This document shows positions 54,336 through 64,000 of a stretch of 64,000 nt of DNA, one piece after another. Both the position numbers and the translations under genes were made by a program. Source of the stretch: an uncultured virus (IMG/VR IMGVR_UViG_3300025922_000011) (taxonomy: Duplodnaviria > Heunggongvirae > Uroviricota > Caudoviricetes); IMG/VR virus record IMGVR_UViG_3300025922_000011. One strand, 5' to 3'. Numbering within the stretch: position 1 is the stretch's first letter; every line of letters begins with the position of its first letter. The notes under the pieces are model-generated. The model worked only from the letters and a program-made list of their open reading frames with translations, was not told the origin of the DNA and made no database searches.

Positions 54336-57160
54336 AACACATTTTCCATGCCAGCCGCGATCATGTCGATCTCAATCGGGTCGAGTGCATCGGCGTACAT
54401 GAGTCGATAGACCACGGAGCAATCCGTAGCGAGACCGACCGGCACGGCGCCACCTGAAGCAAATAACGTTGCGCCGCTGCTTGAGCCTGTACCTGCATTT
54501 CCCGTCAGTACAGGATGCAGTTGGTTGTAAATCTTGGATGCGGCCCCATTGAGGACAAGCGCGAGAATATTATACGTTCCGTCGTGCGCGTAGTACACAA
54601 TACCTGATTGAAAGAGCGTGCCCGCATCGAGCTCAACGTTGCCATTGTTCTGCGTGAAAATCTTTCGGGTGCCTAGAGCGATACCGTCCTCTATGTGCTG
54701 GTTTCCAACACTTCCACCCTTAAATTTGTAGATCACTGTCATCGGCTGAGCGATGACGGCAGCGGATGTCCGGAGCCAAGATGTGCCGGCGACCGCGTCA
54801 ATCGTTTCGCCGCTCGTGTAGTTCGGCCGCTGCGCAGCGTTGCCCAGATCAGTGAAATTCCATGTAGCGCCACCGCTGCCACCGCGATTCACCCATGCGC
54901 TGACAGCGCCGCCTGTGATCGTGACGTCAGCCGAGAATCGTGCGTCGTGCCAGGAGATCAAGCGCGCGTCGAGCTTTGGATCAAACAGCGGCATTGGGTC
55001 GTTGCGCTCGAACAAAGCGCCAGCCCCGTAATTGTCGATCTCGTACGAGTTGCCGCCAGGCGCGCGCACGGTAATCTTGCTACCGAGAGTCGTGATTAGC
55101 GGCAGGTCTTTCGAGCGCCAGTCAGTGCCGTTCGCCGCGGTGGCGCGCAGTGAATTGCCCTGCGTGATGATCAGTCCGCGCCCGCCGCTTACGCTATTGT
55201 CATATAGAATGCGCGGCAGGATTGGCACACGATTGGCTCCAATCGCGTTGCCGTAGATTTCGAAGGGTCCCTGGGAGTCGTAGATCTGGATCGCGTAGCC
55301 CCACGGAATCCCGCTCGGAGTCGTCCCGTCCACAGCTTGAATGGCCCCACCGCCAGCCATTTCACTACCCTCGATGCGTACACACGCGCGGCCGAGATTG
55401 TGAAACACTGCAAAGCGCGGGGAAACTTCGTGATGCGTGCGGATCCGGATCGCGTCTGAGCCATTGTGCTGGAAATATCCGGCCCAGCCTCCCCCTTCCC
55501 AGTCGCCCGAGAAATCGACGTCGGCTCCGTAGTTCATCAAGCAATAGCTGCCAGGTCCAGCGCCATTCAGCTCCGCCTCGAGTACTGTCTTGCGGAACAC
55601 GATCCGCTTCATGTTTTGGATGCCGTAAAATGCATCCTCGGGCCTCCCAAGCTGCACCGCATTCGCACCATCCGCCGCATTGAAAAAGCAGTTATCGAAC
55701 AGGTGCTGATCGTTGTTCTGGCCGCCGTTGAGCTTACGGCGGATGACTTTGCCGCCCGTACCCGCGCCTATGCCGATGGAGCCGTCGAGCGTGAATGACG
55801 TGTCGCCCGTCTTGGTAATCGTCCAGAATCCCATCTGTTGACGCCAGGACGGCAACAACGCTGCGACCATATTGAACACCGCGTCGTTGCCGACTACGTC
55901 CTCGATCACAACCTGCGCGCCCGTCGTGAGCCCGTGCGCAGTCGCGGTCGTGATCTCGATCGGCGTAGCATTCGAGGCCGTGACAATGCCGCCACCGAGT
56001 TCTTCAATCGCGTAGGTAATGAGCAGCGCAGCCTGACCGAAGTTCGACACCCACGAGTCGCGCAAGCAAATCGACGTCGAGAGCTTGGCGCCGCCATCGA
56101 TCGTCAGGTCCATGTCAATGCCGAGACCAAAGTTTGGCGGGTTGGCTCCGCCATCGCCGAAGATGCCGATGCCCTCGATCACGCAATCGCGACAGTTGAG
56201 CACCTTAAACGAGATGTCCACGCCTGCCGCACCGAAGTACTTGAGTAACGTTGACGTTGCTCCGGCGCCTCTGATGCGTCCGCCAGCAATGCCATGCCAT
56301 ACCAGCGGCTGGCTGTGGAGATAGATTCCTTCTGAGAAATCTAGCTCTATGCTGTGCCCAAATAAATAGCCGGTTACGGTCGCGTCCAAAGCAGCTTGGA
56401 TCGCTGCGTAATCATCCGCCACCCCATCGCCTTGGGCGCCAAAGTTCCGAGCATTAAAACGCTCTAGCGCCCCAAGACCAAATGCAAAACTTCCACCAAC
56501 ACTGATATCGAATGCGAAGTGCGTGTCCGCAATTGTAATGGGACCATTGATCGTAACAACGACTCCGTTGGCTGGCCGAATGACGCCGCCTTCCGAAAAG
56601 TCTATGGCGCCGATGGTGCGGTTCGCTGCGGCCGTCAGCACTGCGCCCGCCTTTGGCTTCAGCGTGAGTGTCGGGTCGGTGATATCCGCGTCGATCACAT
56701 AGGACTGATTGACGAGTAGAAGCGTTTGGCCGGTAGTTGCGCCCGCGGCAGCGACCGCCGCTGACAGCGATCCCCACGCCAGGACGTCGATGTTGCCATC
56801 AAGCAGTTCGATGGACGTGCCGGTGTCTACCGGATGCGGACCGCCACTTCGAGACAACGGTCGTGAGGCGACCAGCGTGCCCGCTTGGTCCTGCCATTGA
56901 AAACCACCGCTGCCTGTGTTGGTCTCGATGAACCAGCGACCCGGGCCCGCGCTCGGCGCGAGGATGGTGATGTTGTCGGCTGGGGTGACGCTGTTCTTGA
57001 AGAGGCGGAAGGACGCACCGCTTGCGACGACCCAGCAGACCGAGCCATTAGGCAACGGGAAGGTGTTGATCGTCTGAAGACTGTCGCCATCCCCCGTTTC
57101 GAGTAGATTCTGGACGGGCGACAGGATGCGGTAGGTCGGAGGGGCAACACGGTTGGTCAC
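54332..57160 (-). CDS. Large spike protein: anchor domain, pectate-lyase-like beta-helix, LamG-like C-terminus
   Basis: Start GTG 57160; FGAQGDGVADDYAAIQAALD; ITTATAHGL insertion; WHDA...SAWVN. Confidence 0.85.
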   Translation of the reverse strand: MTNRVAPPTYRILSPVQNLLETGDGDSLQTINTFPLPNGSVCWVVASGASFRLFKNSVTPADNITILAPSAGPGRWFIETNTGSGGFQWQDQAGTLVASRPLSRSGGPHPVDTGTSIELLDGNIDVLAWGSLSAAVAAAGATTGQTLLLVNQSYVIDADITDPTLTLKPKAGAVLTAAANRTIGAIDFSEGGVIRPANGVVVTINGPITIADTHFAFDISVGGSFAFGLGALERFNARNFGAQGDGVADDYAAIQAALDATVTGYLFGHSIELDFSEGIYLHSQPLVWHGIAGGRIRGAGATSTLLKYFGAAGVDISFKVLNCRDCVIEGIGIFGDGGANPPNFGLGIDMDLTIDGGAKLSTSICLRDSWVSNFGQAALLITYAIEELGGGIVTASNATPIEITTATAHGLTTGAQVVIEDVVGNDAVFNMVAALLPSWRQQMGFWTITKTGDTSFTLDGSIGIGAGTGGKVIRRKLNGGQNNDQHLFDNCFFNAADGANAVQLGRPEDAFYGIQNMKRIVFRKTVLEAELNGAGPGSYCLMNYGADVDFSGDWEGGGWAGYFQHNGSDAIRIRTHHEVSPRFAVFHNLGRACVRIEGSEMAGGGAIQAVDGTTPSGIPWGYAIQIYDSQGPFEIYGNAIGANRVPILPRILYDNSVSGGRGLIITQGNSLRATAANGTDWRSKDLPLITTLGSKITVRAPGGNSYEIDNYGAGALFERNDPMPLFDPKLDARLISWHDARFSADVTITGGAVSAWVNRGGSGGATWNFTDLGNAAQRPNYTSGETIDAVAGTSWLRTSAAVIAQPMTVIYKFKGGSVGNQHIEDGIALGTRKIFTQNNGNVELDAGTLFQSGIVYYAHDGTYNILALVLNGAASKIYNQLHPVLTGNAGTGSSSGATLFASGGAVPVGLATDCSVVYRLMYADALDPIEIDMIAAGMENVL

Positions 57161-57269
57161 GCGCCGAGCATCGCATGCGGGACGAGCGGACCCCAAAAAC
57201 TCCTCGGATCAGCGAAGCGGCCTGCTTTTAGCGCTCCCGATCCGGCCCGTGGTAAGTTTGTGGCTGATC

Positions 57270-57689
57270 GTGGACGACGACCATCTACTCGGGAAATACG
57301 GAAAGCGCTTTCCGCCTCAGCGGCGCGCTCCGGTCGTGCGCGAAATCAACCCCATCACCGATCCGCCAGCATCGCTCGCCGCTCCGCCCGGAACAGTGCA
57401 GGTCAAGGCCGGTGGTTTAAAGTTCACGTTGCCCACAGCGATGGTGATGACGGCCGTTGCCGCAATTGGAGGAGCCCTTGGCGTCAAGGCCCTGCCCACA
57501 CCGAGCACCCAGGATTCGCGGCTGGACACGATCCAGCAGCAGCTCATCACCGCCGACATGAATCGCGCCCGCGAGCTGGAAGAGCACCGGCGCGAATCTC
57601 AAGCGCAGGAGGATCGGATGCGCGCGCTGCAGACCCAAGTGAGTCTACTTGAGGTCCAGGTCGCTAGTTTGCAGCACCGCCAACCCTGA
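57270..57689 (+). CDS. TM plus coiled-coil protein
   Basis: Hydrophobic segment then heptads; start uncertain. Confidence 0.5.
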   Translation: MDDDHLLGKYGKRFPPQRRAPVVREINPITDPPASLAAPPGTVQVKAGGLKFTLPTAMVMTAVAAIGGALGVKALPTPSTQDSRLDTIQQQLITADMNRARELEEHRRESQAQEDRMRALQTQVSLLEVQVASLQHRQP

Positions 57690-57725
57690 TTTACGGTTAC
57701 AATCGACCGAGCGAGCGAGACAACC

Positions 57726-58121
57726 ATGAGCAAAAACGAATACTTCTCTGATGTACCAGAACATGAGCGACTGCCGAGCGGGATCTTCGGATCGGACGGG
57801 GGCCTGGCGCATTTCAACAACGTGCCCACAGCGCGCGACAGTGAGGGCCTACAGATCCGCTGGACGTGCTTGTGCGGTAACCCGAATCGGGTGACGGCCG
57901 AATGGGCCGAGCTCGTCATCATCGCCAAGGAGAGCATTCCCAAGGGTTGGACATACAACGCACGCGGCGTCGCTCAACCGCTCGTCCCCTGCCGCGGCTG
58001 CGGGCGAGCCGCAAACTTCGGCTTGACGCCGGATGAATGCCGACGCGCGATCGAGCAAGGCATCGCCGCGCATGACATCACGCCGCAATTCGTCAGCCAA
58101 GTGGCCGCGAGCGTACGCTAA
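57726..58121 (+). CDS. Hypothetical Zn-binding protein
   Basis: CLCG and CRGC motifs. Confidence 0.65.
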   Translation: MSKNEYFSDVPEHERLPSGIFGSDGGLAHFNNVPTARDSEGLQIRWTCLCGNPNRVTAEWAELVIIAKESIPKGWTYNARGVAQPLVPCRGCGRAANFGLTPDECRRAIEQGIAAHDITPQFVSQVAASVR

Positions 58122-58127
58122 CCGGCC

Positions 58128-58643
58128 GTGTCGTGCGTGGCCACCGAAACGGATCTGAGTCGCGAAGAAGCTCTCGCGATCCTCGAGCCGTATTTCATTG
58201 CGGTACGCACTGAGTTTCTGCAAGCGGGTCTCGAGCGGATCGGTGGCGTGCATCTGCGCTGCAGTTGGGACATGCACGATAGCCCGCGCCACTTCGCGGC
58301 GTGTCGCGAGGATGGGAGCGAGATCCTTGTTGCACCCGAGCTCGCCGAACTCAGCTACGAGACGGTGTGTGCGATCTTGGCGCATGAATGCGGTCACGCC
58401 GTGGACTTCTGTTATCCGGGTGAGTTTCTGCTCCGCAATGATCGGCTGGAGCGAGCGGAGCGGAGCGCGCAGGGTAAACGCTGGCGGCATACGCTTCGCG
58501 GCTGGAAGCTACGCGATGAGGACGCGGTGGAATTCACCGCCGATGCGATTGCCGAGACCGTGCTCGGCATTCCGATCGGATACCGCGGCCCGTGCATGCT
58601 GCAGAGTTTTGGTGGCGCGCCGCGTCCGATTGGTTTGCGTTAA
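58128..58643 (+). CDS. Zincin-like metallopeptidase
   Basis: ILAHECGHAVD (HExxH) plus downstream EFTADAIA. Confidence 0.75.
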   Translation: MSCVATETDLSREEALAILEPYFIAVRTEFLQAGLERIGGVHLRCSWDMHDSPRHFAACREDGSEILVAPELAELSYETVCAILAHECGHAVDFCYPGEFLLRNDRLERAERSAQGKRWRHTLRGWKLRDEDAVEFTADAIAETVLGIPIGYRGPCMLQSFGGAPRPIGLR

Positions 58644-58899
58644 CACATACTGTCTCAGTTGATTCACTGAGCTGATTCGAATTCGATGTGCGAGAAGCAG
58701 TCTCCGCGCCTCGCGCTCTCTCGGCTCTGCCGCCGAGCTGGCATTCAATGCGCTCGTTGGTGGTCGCCGTTTCAATGAAACGGGCTTCTGCTGGTTAGCG
58801 CGGCACGCTGTCTCGTGGAAGTCGTTCGAGCACGCATTTCTTGCGTCCAGCATACACGACTTTTTGCCCCAACTCGGCGCTCGCGTTACCTTCGAGGGC

Positions 58900-59484
58900 A
58901 TGGCAAGCGTCACCACTGTGCTCTGCGCTGCGCTTGGCGCAGGCGCCCTAGTCCGTGCCTTCTATCACCCCGCCCGTGCCCTCATACAAGACGGGTTCGT
59001 GTCACAGTGCGCGGGCAGCGACACGAGCTGCGACCCGCACCTAACCGTGGACGGCTCCATGGGCAGCCAGCCGGTGTACGCTGTGGTGGGTGGCGTCATC
59101 GTGGCCGCGGGACCGGATTGGGTCGCGATTGTCCCGAACCACGAGGCCGTAGTTCTGACCTACGGTAACCTGACCGATGTAGCCCCCGCAGGCAGCAAGG
59201 TGGGTGTGGGTCAGATGATCGGCCGCAGCGCCCGGCTCAGTTTCGGCGTTTCGCGCATCGATCGCGACGCCGCGGGCAGCGTGAAGCTAACGCCCTACGA
59301 GCCGACATCGTGGCTCGCGGTGCGAGGCCTGGGCGTGAGCGTCAAGAGCCGGCACAGCGGTCAGGATCTCTGGTGTGAAGGCGGCCGCACGCTCAGCGTT
59401 CCGCAACAAGTCGGCCGCTGCGGGATAGCACTGCCCGCACCGAGCGCATGGGCTCTATTGCCCGTGAGTGTCACGTTGAGCTGA
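58900..59484 (+). CDS. M23 peptidase-like protein, degenerate
   Basis: PVYAVVGGVIVAAG, YGNL, GSKVGVGQMIG; canonical HxH absent. Confidence 0.5.
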   Translation: MASVTTVLCAALGAGALVRAFYHPARALIQDGFVSQCAGSDTSCDPHLTVDGSMGSQPVYAVVGGVIVAAGPDWVAIVPNHEAVVLTYGNLTDVAPAGSKVGVGQMIGRSARLSFGVSRIDRDAAGSVKLTPYEPTSWLAVRGLGVSVKSRHSGQDLWCEGGRTLSVPQQVGRCGIALPAPSAWALLPVSVTLS

Positions 59485-59489
59485 GGCAC

Positions 59490-59765
59490 ATGGAGGACAA
59501 CGACCGAGCACTCGCACTGTTGGGCATCGCGGCTGTGGTCGGTGGTTACTACATCGCGCGCGGTGCCTTCGGTGGCAAGCAATCCAAGGCCTTGCGCGCA
59601 GGCGAAGAGGACGAGTTCGTAGCGGCGCACTATCGCGCCGCCGGCTGGCGTGAGCCCGAGCAGACCGTCATGCAAGAAGTCGTCGCACTCGGTGTCATCT
59701 TTCTAGTGGGCACGCAAAGCTTGGTTACGGCAGCCGATTGGGCACTCAAGCAGGCCGGTCGATGA
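59490..59765 (+). CDS. Small membrane protein
   Basis: Two hydrophobic segments. Confidence 0.55.
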   Translation: MEDNDRALALLGIAAVVGGYYIARGAFGGKQSKALRAGEEDEFVAAHYRAAGWREPEQTVMQEVVALGVIFLVGTQSLVTAADWALKQAGR

Positions 59766-60088
59766 AGAGTGTCTTGCTCGTTGAGGACGATCCGCATTCA
59801 GGGCTCGCCCTGCAGCGCTGGATCAGCCGTCTAGAATTTCAAGTGGATCTATGCACGACCGTAGCGGAAGCAAAGCACAGGCTGACACAGAAGAATGAAT
59901 ACGCCGCCGTAGTGACCGACTTTCACTTGCCCGATGGAGTGGGCAGTGAGGTGGAGGAGATGGCCAAGCTCAACGGCATCCACTGTATCATCTACTCGGG
60001 TGCTGCCGATTCCGCCATGGGTCCTACCGTGATCAACAAGACAGATCTGCATGCACTGACCCACTGGCTCTTAGAAAACGTGGACTAA
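59762..60088 (+). CDS. Single-domain response regulator (receiver)
   Basis: VLLVEDD, VTDFHLPDGVG, IIYSG, terminal K. Confidence 0.88.
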   Translation: MKSVLLVEDDPHSGLALQRWISRLEFQVDLCTTVAEAKHRLTQKNEYAAVVTDFHLPDGVGSEVEEMAKLNGIHCIIYSGAADSAMGPTVINKTDLHALTHWLLENVD

Positions 60089-60092
60089 AACC

Positions 60093-60377
60093 GTGAAGGA
60101 ACCGATTGAAGAAAAATGGCAGCGCATGTTCGTCGAGCAGAAGCTCGATGCGCTGCTCAGTTTGACGATGACGATGCAGCGTTCGCTCGATCTGTGCATC
60201 GCGTACGTGCAGGCCAATGCAGCGGAAAACATAGCCAAAGCGCGACGCGAAGAGCTCGATACGCAATTCAGCAAGCTGCAGGCTGAGCGCAAGGCCAGTG
60301 AGGGCGAGCAGAAGCCCGAGGACGATATCGACACCGATCGGCCGACGAACGTACCACATCCGGAGAGCAAGTCATGA
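60093..60377 (+). CDS. Hypothetical protein
   Basis: 94 aa, overlaps the start of the lysin. Confidence 0.55.
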   Translation: MKEPIEEKWQRMFVEQKLDALLSLTMTMQRSLDLCIAYVQANAAENIAKARREELDTQFSKLQAERKASEGEQKPEDDIDTDRPTNVPHPESKS

Positions 60378-61144
60378 CGATCGATGTGCAGTACCAGACT
60401 CCACCGAATGCTCAGAATCAGATCCTGGTCATCGACCAGTTGACGCCTTCCGATCTGGTGACGATGGCCGCGGCGCTCACTACCTCGTACCGCGCGCTGT
60501 TCTCAGCCGATCTAGCGCGTCGCGCGCTCTGCGTGTTCCTTGCACACACCGCACTCGAAACCGGTCGCTGGCAGAAGCTACACAATTGGAACATAGGCAA
60601 TGTAAAAGCGTCGCTCGCCTACAACGGCCTGGTTCAATACTTTCGCTGCAACGAAATCATCAACGGCAAGCTCCAATGGTTTGACCCGTACAATCCGCAA
60701 ACACGCTTCCGTGCATTCAAGGGACCCACGAGCGCGACCGAGCAGTACCTGCGCTTTCTCGGCATGGCCACACGCGGAGTGGGGCAACCCAATCGTTATC
60801 AAGCTGCATTCGATGCCGCTGAGAAAGGAGATGTCGTGGGGATGGTCGATGAGCTGGCGCGTGCGGGCTACTTCACCGCCAGCGTCGAGCTCTACCGGCG
60901 CGCCGTCGTTGCGCTGTTCACCGAGTATCTACGCGATCTACCGAGCACATGGCCCACCATGGAGCCCGCGCCGCGCATCGAGAGCATTGCGATCGCGCAA
61001 GAGACGAGCGGGCACAGCAAGCTCAGCAATCAAGACATCCACGACATCCTGATGTTGCAGATCCCGCTCCAAGTCGATTGGGATGAACTCACTAAAGCTC
61101 GTGATGCAGAGATCCTCGACGCCGATCTCAACGAGATCCAATGA
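60374..61144 (+). CDS. Glucosaminidase (GH73/FlgJ-like) endolysin
   Basis: ALETG, NWNIGNVKA, FRAF, RY, LARAGYFTA. Confidence 0.8.
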   Translation: MTIDVQYQTPPNAQNQILVIDQLTPSDLVTMAAALTTSYRALFSADLARRALCVFLAHTALETGRWQKLHNWNIGNVKASLAYNGLVQYFRCNEIINGKLQWFDPYNPQTRFRAFKGPTSATEQYLRFLGMATRGVGQPNRYQAAFDAAEKGDVVGMVDELARAGYFTASVELYRRAVVALFTEYLRDLPSTWPTMEPAPRIESIAIAQETSGHSKLSNQDIHDILMLQIPLQVDWDELTKARDAEILDADLNEIQ

Positions 61145-61473
61145 AGCACGAGCCCAAACAAGAACTGCGGCAAGAGCTGCACCAAGATCTCACGCTTGAA
61201 GATCGGATGCTCTTGCTCGAGCGTCAGCAGCAGAAGTTCGAGCGGCTCATGCAGAGACGCTTCGCGATGCTGCAGAACTCGGTGCTCAAGGATTTCGATC
61301 TCGCCCTGGAATACTCGCGCGCGAATCTCTCTAACCGTTGCCCATTGTCGGTGCGTCAGGATTTAGATGCCAAATGGCAAGCGCGTGAAAAACGGCGTGA
61401 CTGCGAACGACAGGATGAAAAAGCAGCGCTAGAATCAGAAGAAGTCGACGACGACGAGACCACGCAACCCTAA
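61141..61473 (+). CDS. Hypothetical protein
   Basis: ATGA overlap; helical. Confidence 0.55.
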   Translation: MKHEPKQELRQELHQDLTLEDRMLLLERQQQKFERLMQRRFAMLQNSVLKDFDLALEYSRANLSNRCPLSVRQDLDAKWQAREKRRDCERQDEKAALESEEVDDDETTQP

Positions 61474-61481
61474 AAGCGCAA

Positions 61482-62012
61482 ATGCCTAGCAAGTCGCCGC
61501 CTCCCGATATCGTTGTGACGACCGTACCGCCCGGCCCGCGTGTGCCGAGTGGCATCGATAGGCCAACCGAACGCGTCGAGCCGAGTGACGACGAGATCAT
61601 GGCGCACGCTGATCCGGTGCAGCGGCTTCTCTACAAGCGCATCAATGAGTTCAGCGATTCGGTGCTCGCTCCGGACGGCCGTATCTCGCAACTCTTGGGC
61701 TCAGCCGACAAGATCGACAAGCAACTGCCGCTCTTGAGCCGTCAGATCGGAAACCTACAGATCCAGGTCTCGACGCTCGTCACCGATCAGCGTCAGCGCA
61801 ATCACGATGACGAAGGCAACTGGAAGCTCATTCGTAGTCAGATGAGCGGGATCCGTAACGAAGTGCAGCAGCTCAAAGAAGAGCTCGGTCAGCGCTTAGC
61901 GGCTGTCGAGAAAACACAAGAGAAACTAGCGAGCGGTGAACTAGAAATCCGCGAAGAGGTCAAGGCTCTCTGGAGCAAGCTCCAAGAACTGAGTGCGCGC
62001 AAGGACGATTAG
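61482..62012 (+). CDS. Coiled-coil protein
   Basis: 176 aa with heptads. Confidence 0.6.
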   Translation: MPSKSPPPDIVVTTVPPGPRVPSGIDRPTERVEPSDDEIMAHADPVQRLLYKRINEFSDSVLAPDGRISQLLGSADKIDKQLPLLSRQIGNLQIQVSTLVTDQRQRNHDDEGNWKLIRSQMSGIRNEVQQLKEELGQRLAAVEKTQEKLASGELEIREEVKALWSKLQELSARKDD

Positions 62013-62758
62013 ATCACCGGTTCGAGTAAGAGCGTGAAGTAGGCCACGTCGATGTCGTGGCTAGAACTCACGTTACGCAAGGCCATGTTGATGACATCAC
62101 CATCGGTGAGCGTGACGATGCGCAGGGCCGTCAGATCGATGACATCGGGACCATCAGAGATGGCTTCGCGTTGAGCATAGGCGACATCGGTCGTGGTGCC
62201 GATGAGCACGCCGTTGAGATCGGGGGCGATCTCAAGCGACTCGAAGTTACCGGGCGTCCCTTCGCTGGCCCCGATCGAAGCCAGGCACCAGATCTTGTAG
62301 AGGCGATCGGGCCCGTTGTAGGTCAGAGCGGGCGAGGGAGCGGTGTACAAGAAGAGGGCGCCACCGGTGTTAGCGGGCGCCGCGTTGGTGTAATCGAAGG
62401 GCGCATTCGTTGCTTCGACCCAGGTATTCTGACTGGCGACGGTGATCGTGAATCCAGCGTTGCCCTGCAGCTGCACCATGCCGGTGAAGATCGCGCTGGA
62501 GCTCGAGCCGCCGACGAGCGCGATCCAGCGCCCGGGGCCTGCGAGCGGAGCGACGATGGTCTCGTCGACGGGCAGCGGATCGGCGACCGAAGTCTTGTCG
62601 AGGTAGTAGTGGCTGTGATTACTCGACACATAAACGATGGCCCCATCCATGACGGGCGTCGTGTTGATGCCGATCAGGCAATTGCCAAGATCGGCCGCGT
62701 TGACGAAGCCTCGGGTGCCGAGGAAACGGTAGCTTGGGGGGGCGAGATATTCGACCAT
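62009..62758 (-). CDS. Spike/fibre protein with shared N-terminal anchor domain
   Basis: MVEYLAPPSYRF...INTTP.MDGA...GPGRW, then a beta-sandwich-like C-terminus. Confidence 0.7.
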   Translation of the reverse strand: MVEYLAPPSYRFLGTRGFVNAADLGNCLIGINTTPVMDGAIVYVSSNHSHYYLDKTSVADPLPVDETIVAPLAGPGRWIALVGGSSSSAIFTGMVQLQGNAGFTITVASQNTWVEATNAPFDYTNAAPANTGGALFLYTAPSPALTYNGPDRLYKIWCLASIGASEGTPGNFESLEIAPDLNGVLIGTTTDVAYAQREAISDGPDVIDLTALRIVTLTDGDVINMALRNVSSSHDIDVAYFTLLLEPVI

Positions 62759-62852
62759 GGCTGGCAGTATCGATCGGCGGGGTAGTCCCCACCAAAAACT
62801 CCACCAAGCGCGTCTTTTGCCGCGCGGCAGTTTGACCCGTAGCATGTAAGGG

Positions 62853-63428
62853 GTGCACGGCGCCTTCTTTGCTCAGCTCCGACTCTTCTGCGAGGGATCC
62901 CAGCCTGATACGTGGCGCGGCATCCACGAACGCGCGGGGCTGCCTCAGATGCCCTACCTGCCGATCGCGAGCTATCCGGACGAGCGGGCCATCGCACTGT
63001 TCGAAGCGCTGGCGGCCGTCTCCGGGCTGCCGCTGGAACGCGTGCTGGACAGCTTCGGCACCTTCATCGTGTCGTCGCTCTTGAGCTATCCAGGGGTCAA
63101 GATCCCGGGTAACTGGCGCACGCTGGAGATATTGGAGCACACCGCGGAGCTCGAAGCGATGGTGCAGAAGCGGAGCGAAGCGGGCATTAAGCCACCTGTG
63201 CTGCACGTCGATCGCATCGGGCCGCTCGAAGTGAGGATCGAGTACGCTTCGGCCCTGCGCCTGTGCGGCATGGCCAAGGGGATCGTGCGGGGAATTGCCA
63301 AGAACTTCCGCGAAACCATCACGCTGCATGAGACCAGCTGCATGCTGCTCGGCGCGCCCGCGTGCGTGATTGTGGTGCGGCTACGGGGCACCACCACGAC
63401 GCGCTTTCGCGCCACAAAACCGACATAG
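62853..63428 (+). CDS. H-NOX (heme NO-binding) family protein with V4R-like tail
   Basis: MHG...W..I...AGL...YPD...L..FG, YAS.LRLC, CMLLGAPAC. Confidence 0.8.
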   Translation: MHGAFFAQLRLFCEGSQPDTWRGIHERAGLPQMPYLPIASYPDERAIALFEALAAVSGLPLERVLDSFGTFIVSSLLSYPGVKIPGNWRTLEILEHTAELEAMVQKRSEAGIKPPVLHVDRIGPLEVRIEYASALRLCGMAKGIVRGIAKNFRETITLHETSCMLLGAPACVIVVRLRGTTTTRFRATKPT

Positions 63429-63475
63429 AGCCGAGTTTTTGGGTCTAAAGGGTAGCCGTGCCACCCTGAGCGGCG

Positions 63476-64000
63476 ATGACCAACCGACTTGCCCCCCCCG
63501 GATTACCGAATACTCGCCCCGCGTGCTGTGCTGACGGGCGGATCTGATTCTCTAAGCGACATCAATACGACGCCGCTACCGGATGGTTCGCAGTGTTTCG
63601 TGACGGGAGTTCGCACCAACTTCCGGCTCGACAAGACATCAACGACGGGAGTGCTACCGAGTGGAGGACCCGGTAGCTGGTTTCCTGATGCGGGTGGCAG
63701 CGCAGCAAGTTACGTCCTGACGCCGCAGATGTTCGGGGCGGTCGCCGATGGCGTGACCGACGACACCGTCGCGATCCAAGCCGCGATCGACGCGCTTCCG
63801 ACGAACACCCAAGGCTCGCCGCTTCAGTTCATGCTCTTCTTTCCTCCTGGTAGATACCTCGTGACGGACATGCTGTTGATCCAGCATCTTGCCGGTACGA
63901 TCTTCTATGGTTCTGGAATGTGGGAGAGCATCATCTATTACAATGGTGCCGCGGGCAAACGTGCCATCGTCAAGGTTTACAACTGTCGCGATGTCACTTT
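63476..64000 (+). pseudogene. Spike protein gene (anchor plus beta-helix) frameshifted at a C8 tract; runs off the window
   Basis: MTNRLAP then a shifted frame DYRILAP...GPGSW...FGAVADGVTDDTVAIQAAIDA; the ATG frame stops early. Confidence 0.7.

Larger units (their letters stand above)
1..64000. mobile_element. Segment of a virus/provirus genome, probably tailless and membrane-containing
   Basis: Dense, overlapping co-oriented small ORFs with replication, lysis, spike and structural modules and no housekeeping operons; no termini or att sites seen. Confidence 0.85.

Noticed and set aside
40590..63782. Diversity-generating retroelement explanation for the 60-bp repeat pair
   Set aside because: Mismatches are not adenine-specific and no reverse transcriptase is present
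1..64000. tRNA/rRNA genes, integrase, att sites, terminal repeats
   Set aside because: None recognised by eye; they may lie outside the window

Overview
The whole window looks like part of a large, GC-rich bacterial virus or provirus; no genome ends, integrase, packaging ATPase, terminase or portal are visible. Bases 1-25.7 kb form a mostly minus-strand structural region. It holds three adjacent beta-rich proteins that are candidate single jelly-roll capsid proteins, a protamine-like Arg-rich protein and about a dozen small membrane proteins sharing an x-G-L-G motif. The region is headed by a transglutaminase-like cysteine protease whose catalytic Cys is interrupted by a Gln-terminated LAGLIDADG intein. 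Together these suggest a tailless, membrane-containing virus with proteolytic maturation (inference). A cas-less CRISPR array with two repeat types lies at 12.4-13.1 kb. Bases 25.8-40 kb carry an AbrB/Doc toxin-antitoxin pair, an atypical C5-methyltransferase, ParB, an inactive RuvC-like gene, DnaB, a DnaC-like loader, a putative initiator and a beta clamp. Bases 40-49.9 kb are a plus-strand run of small accessory genes joined by repeated junctions, plus RuvC and a BstA-like gene. Bases 50-64 kb hold four spike paralogs sharing an N-terminal domain (one frameshifted at a C8 tract), a glycosyltransferase, cell-wall hydrolases, a receiver domain and an H-NOX-like protein. A myxobacterial host is a weak guess. 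All family calls come from motif recognition by eye, not database searches.
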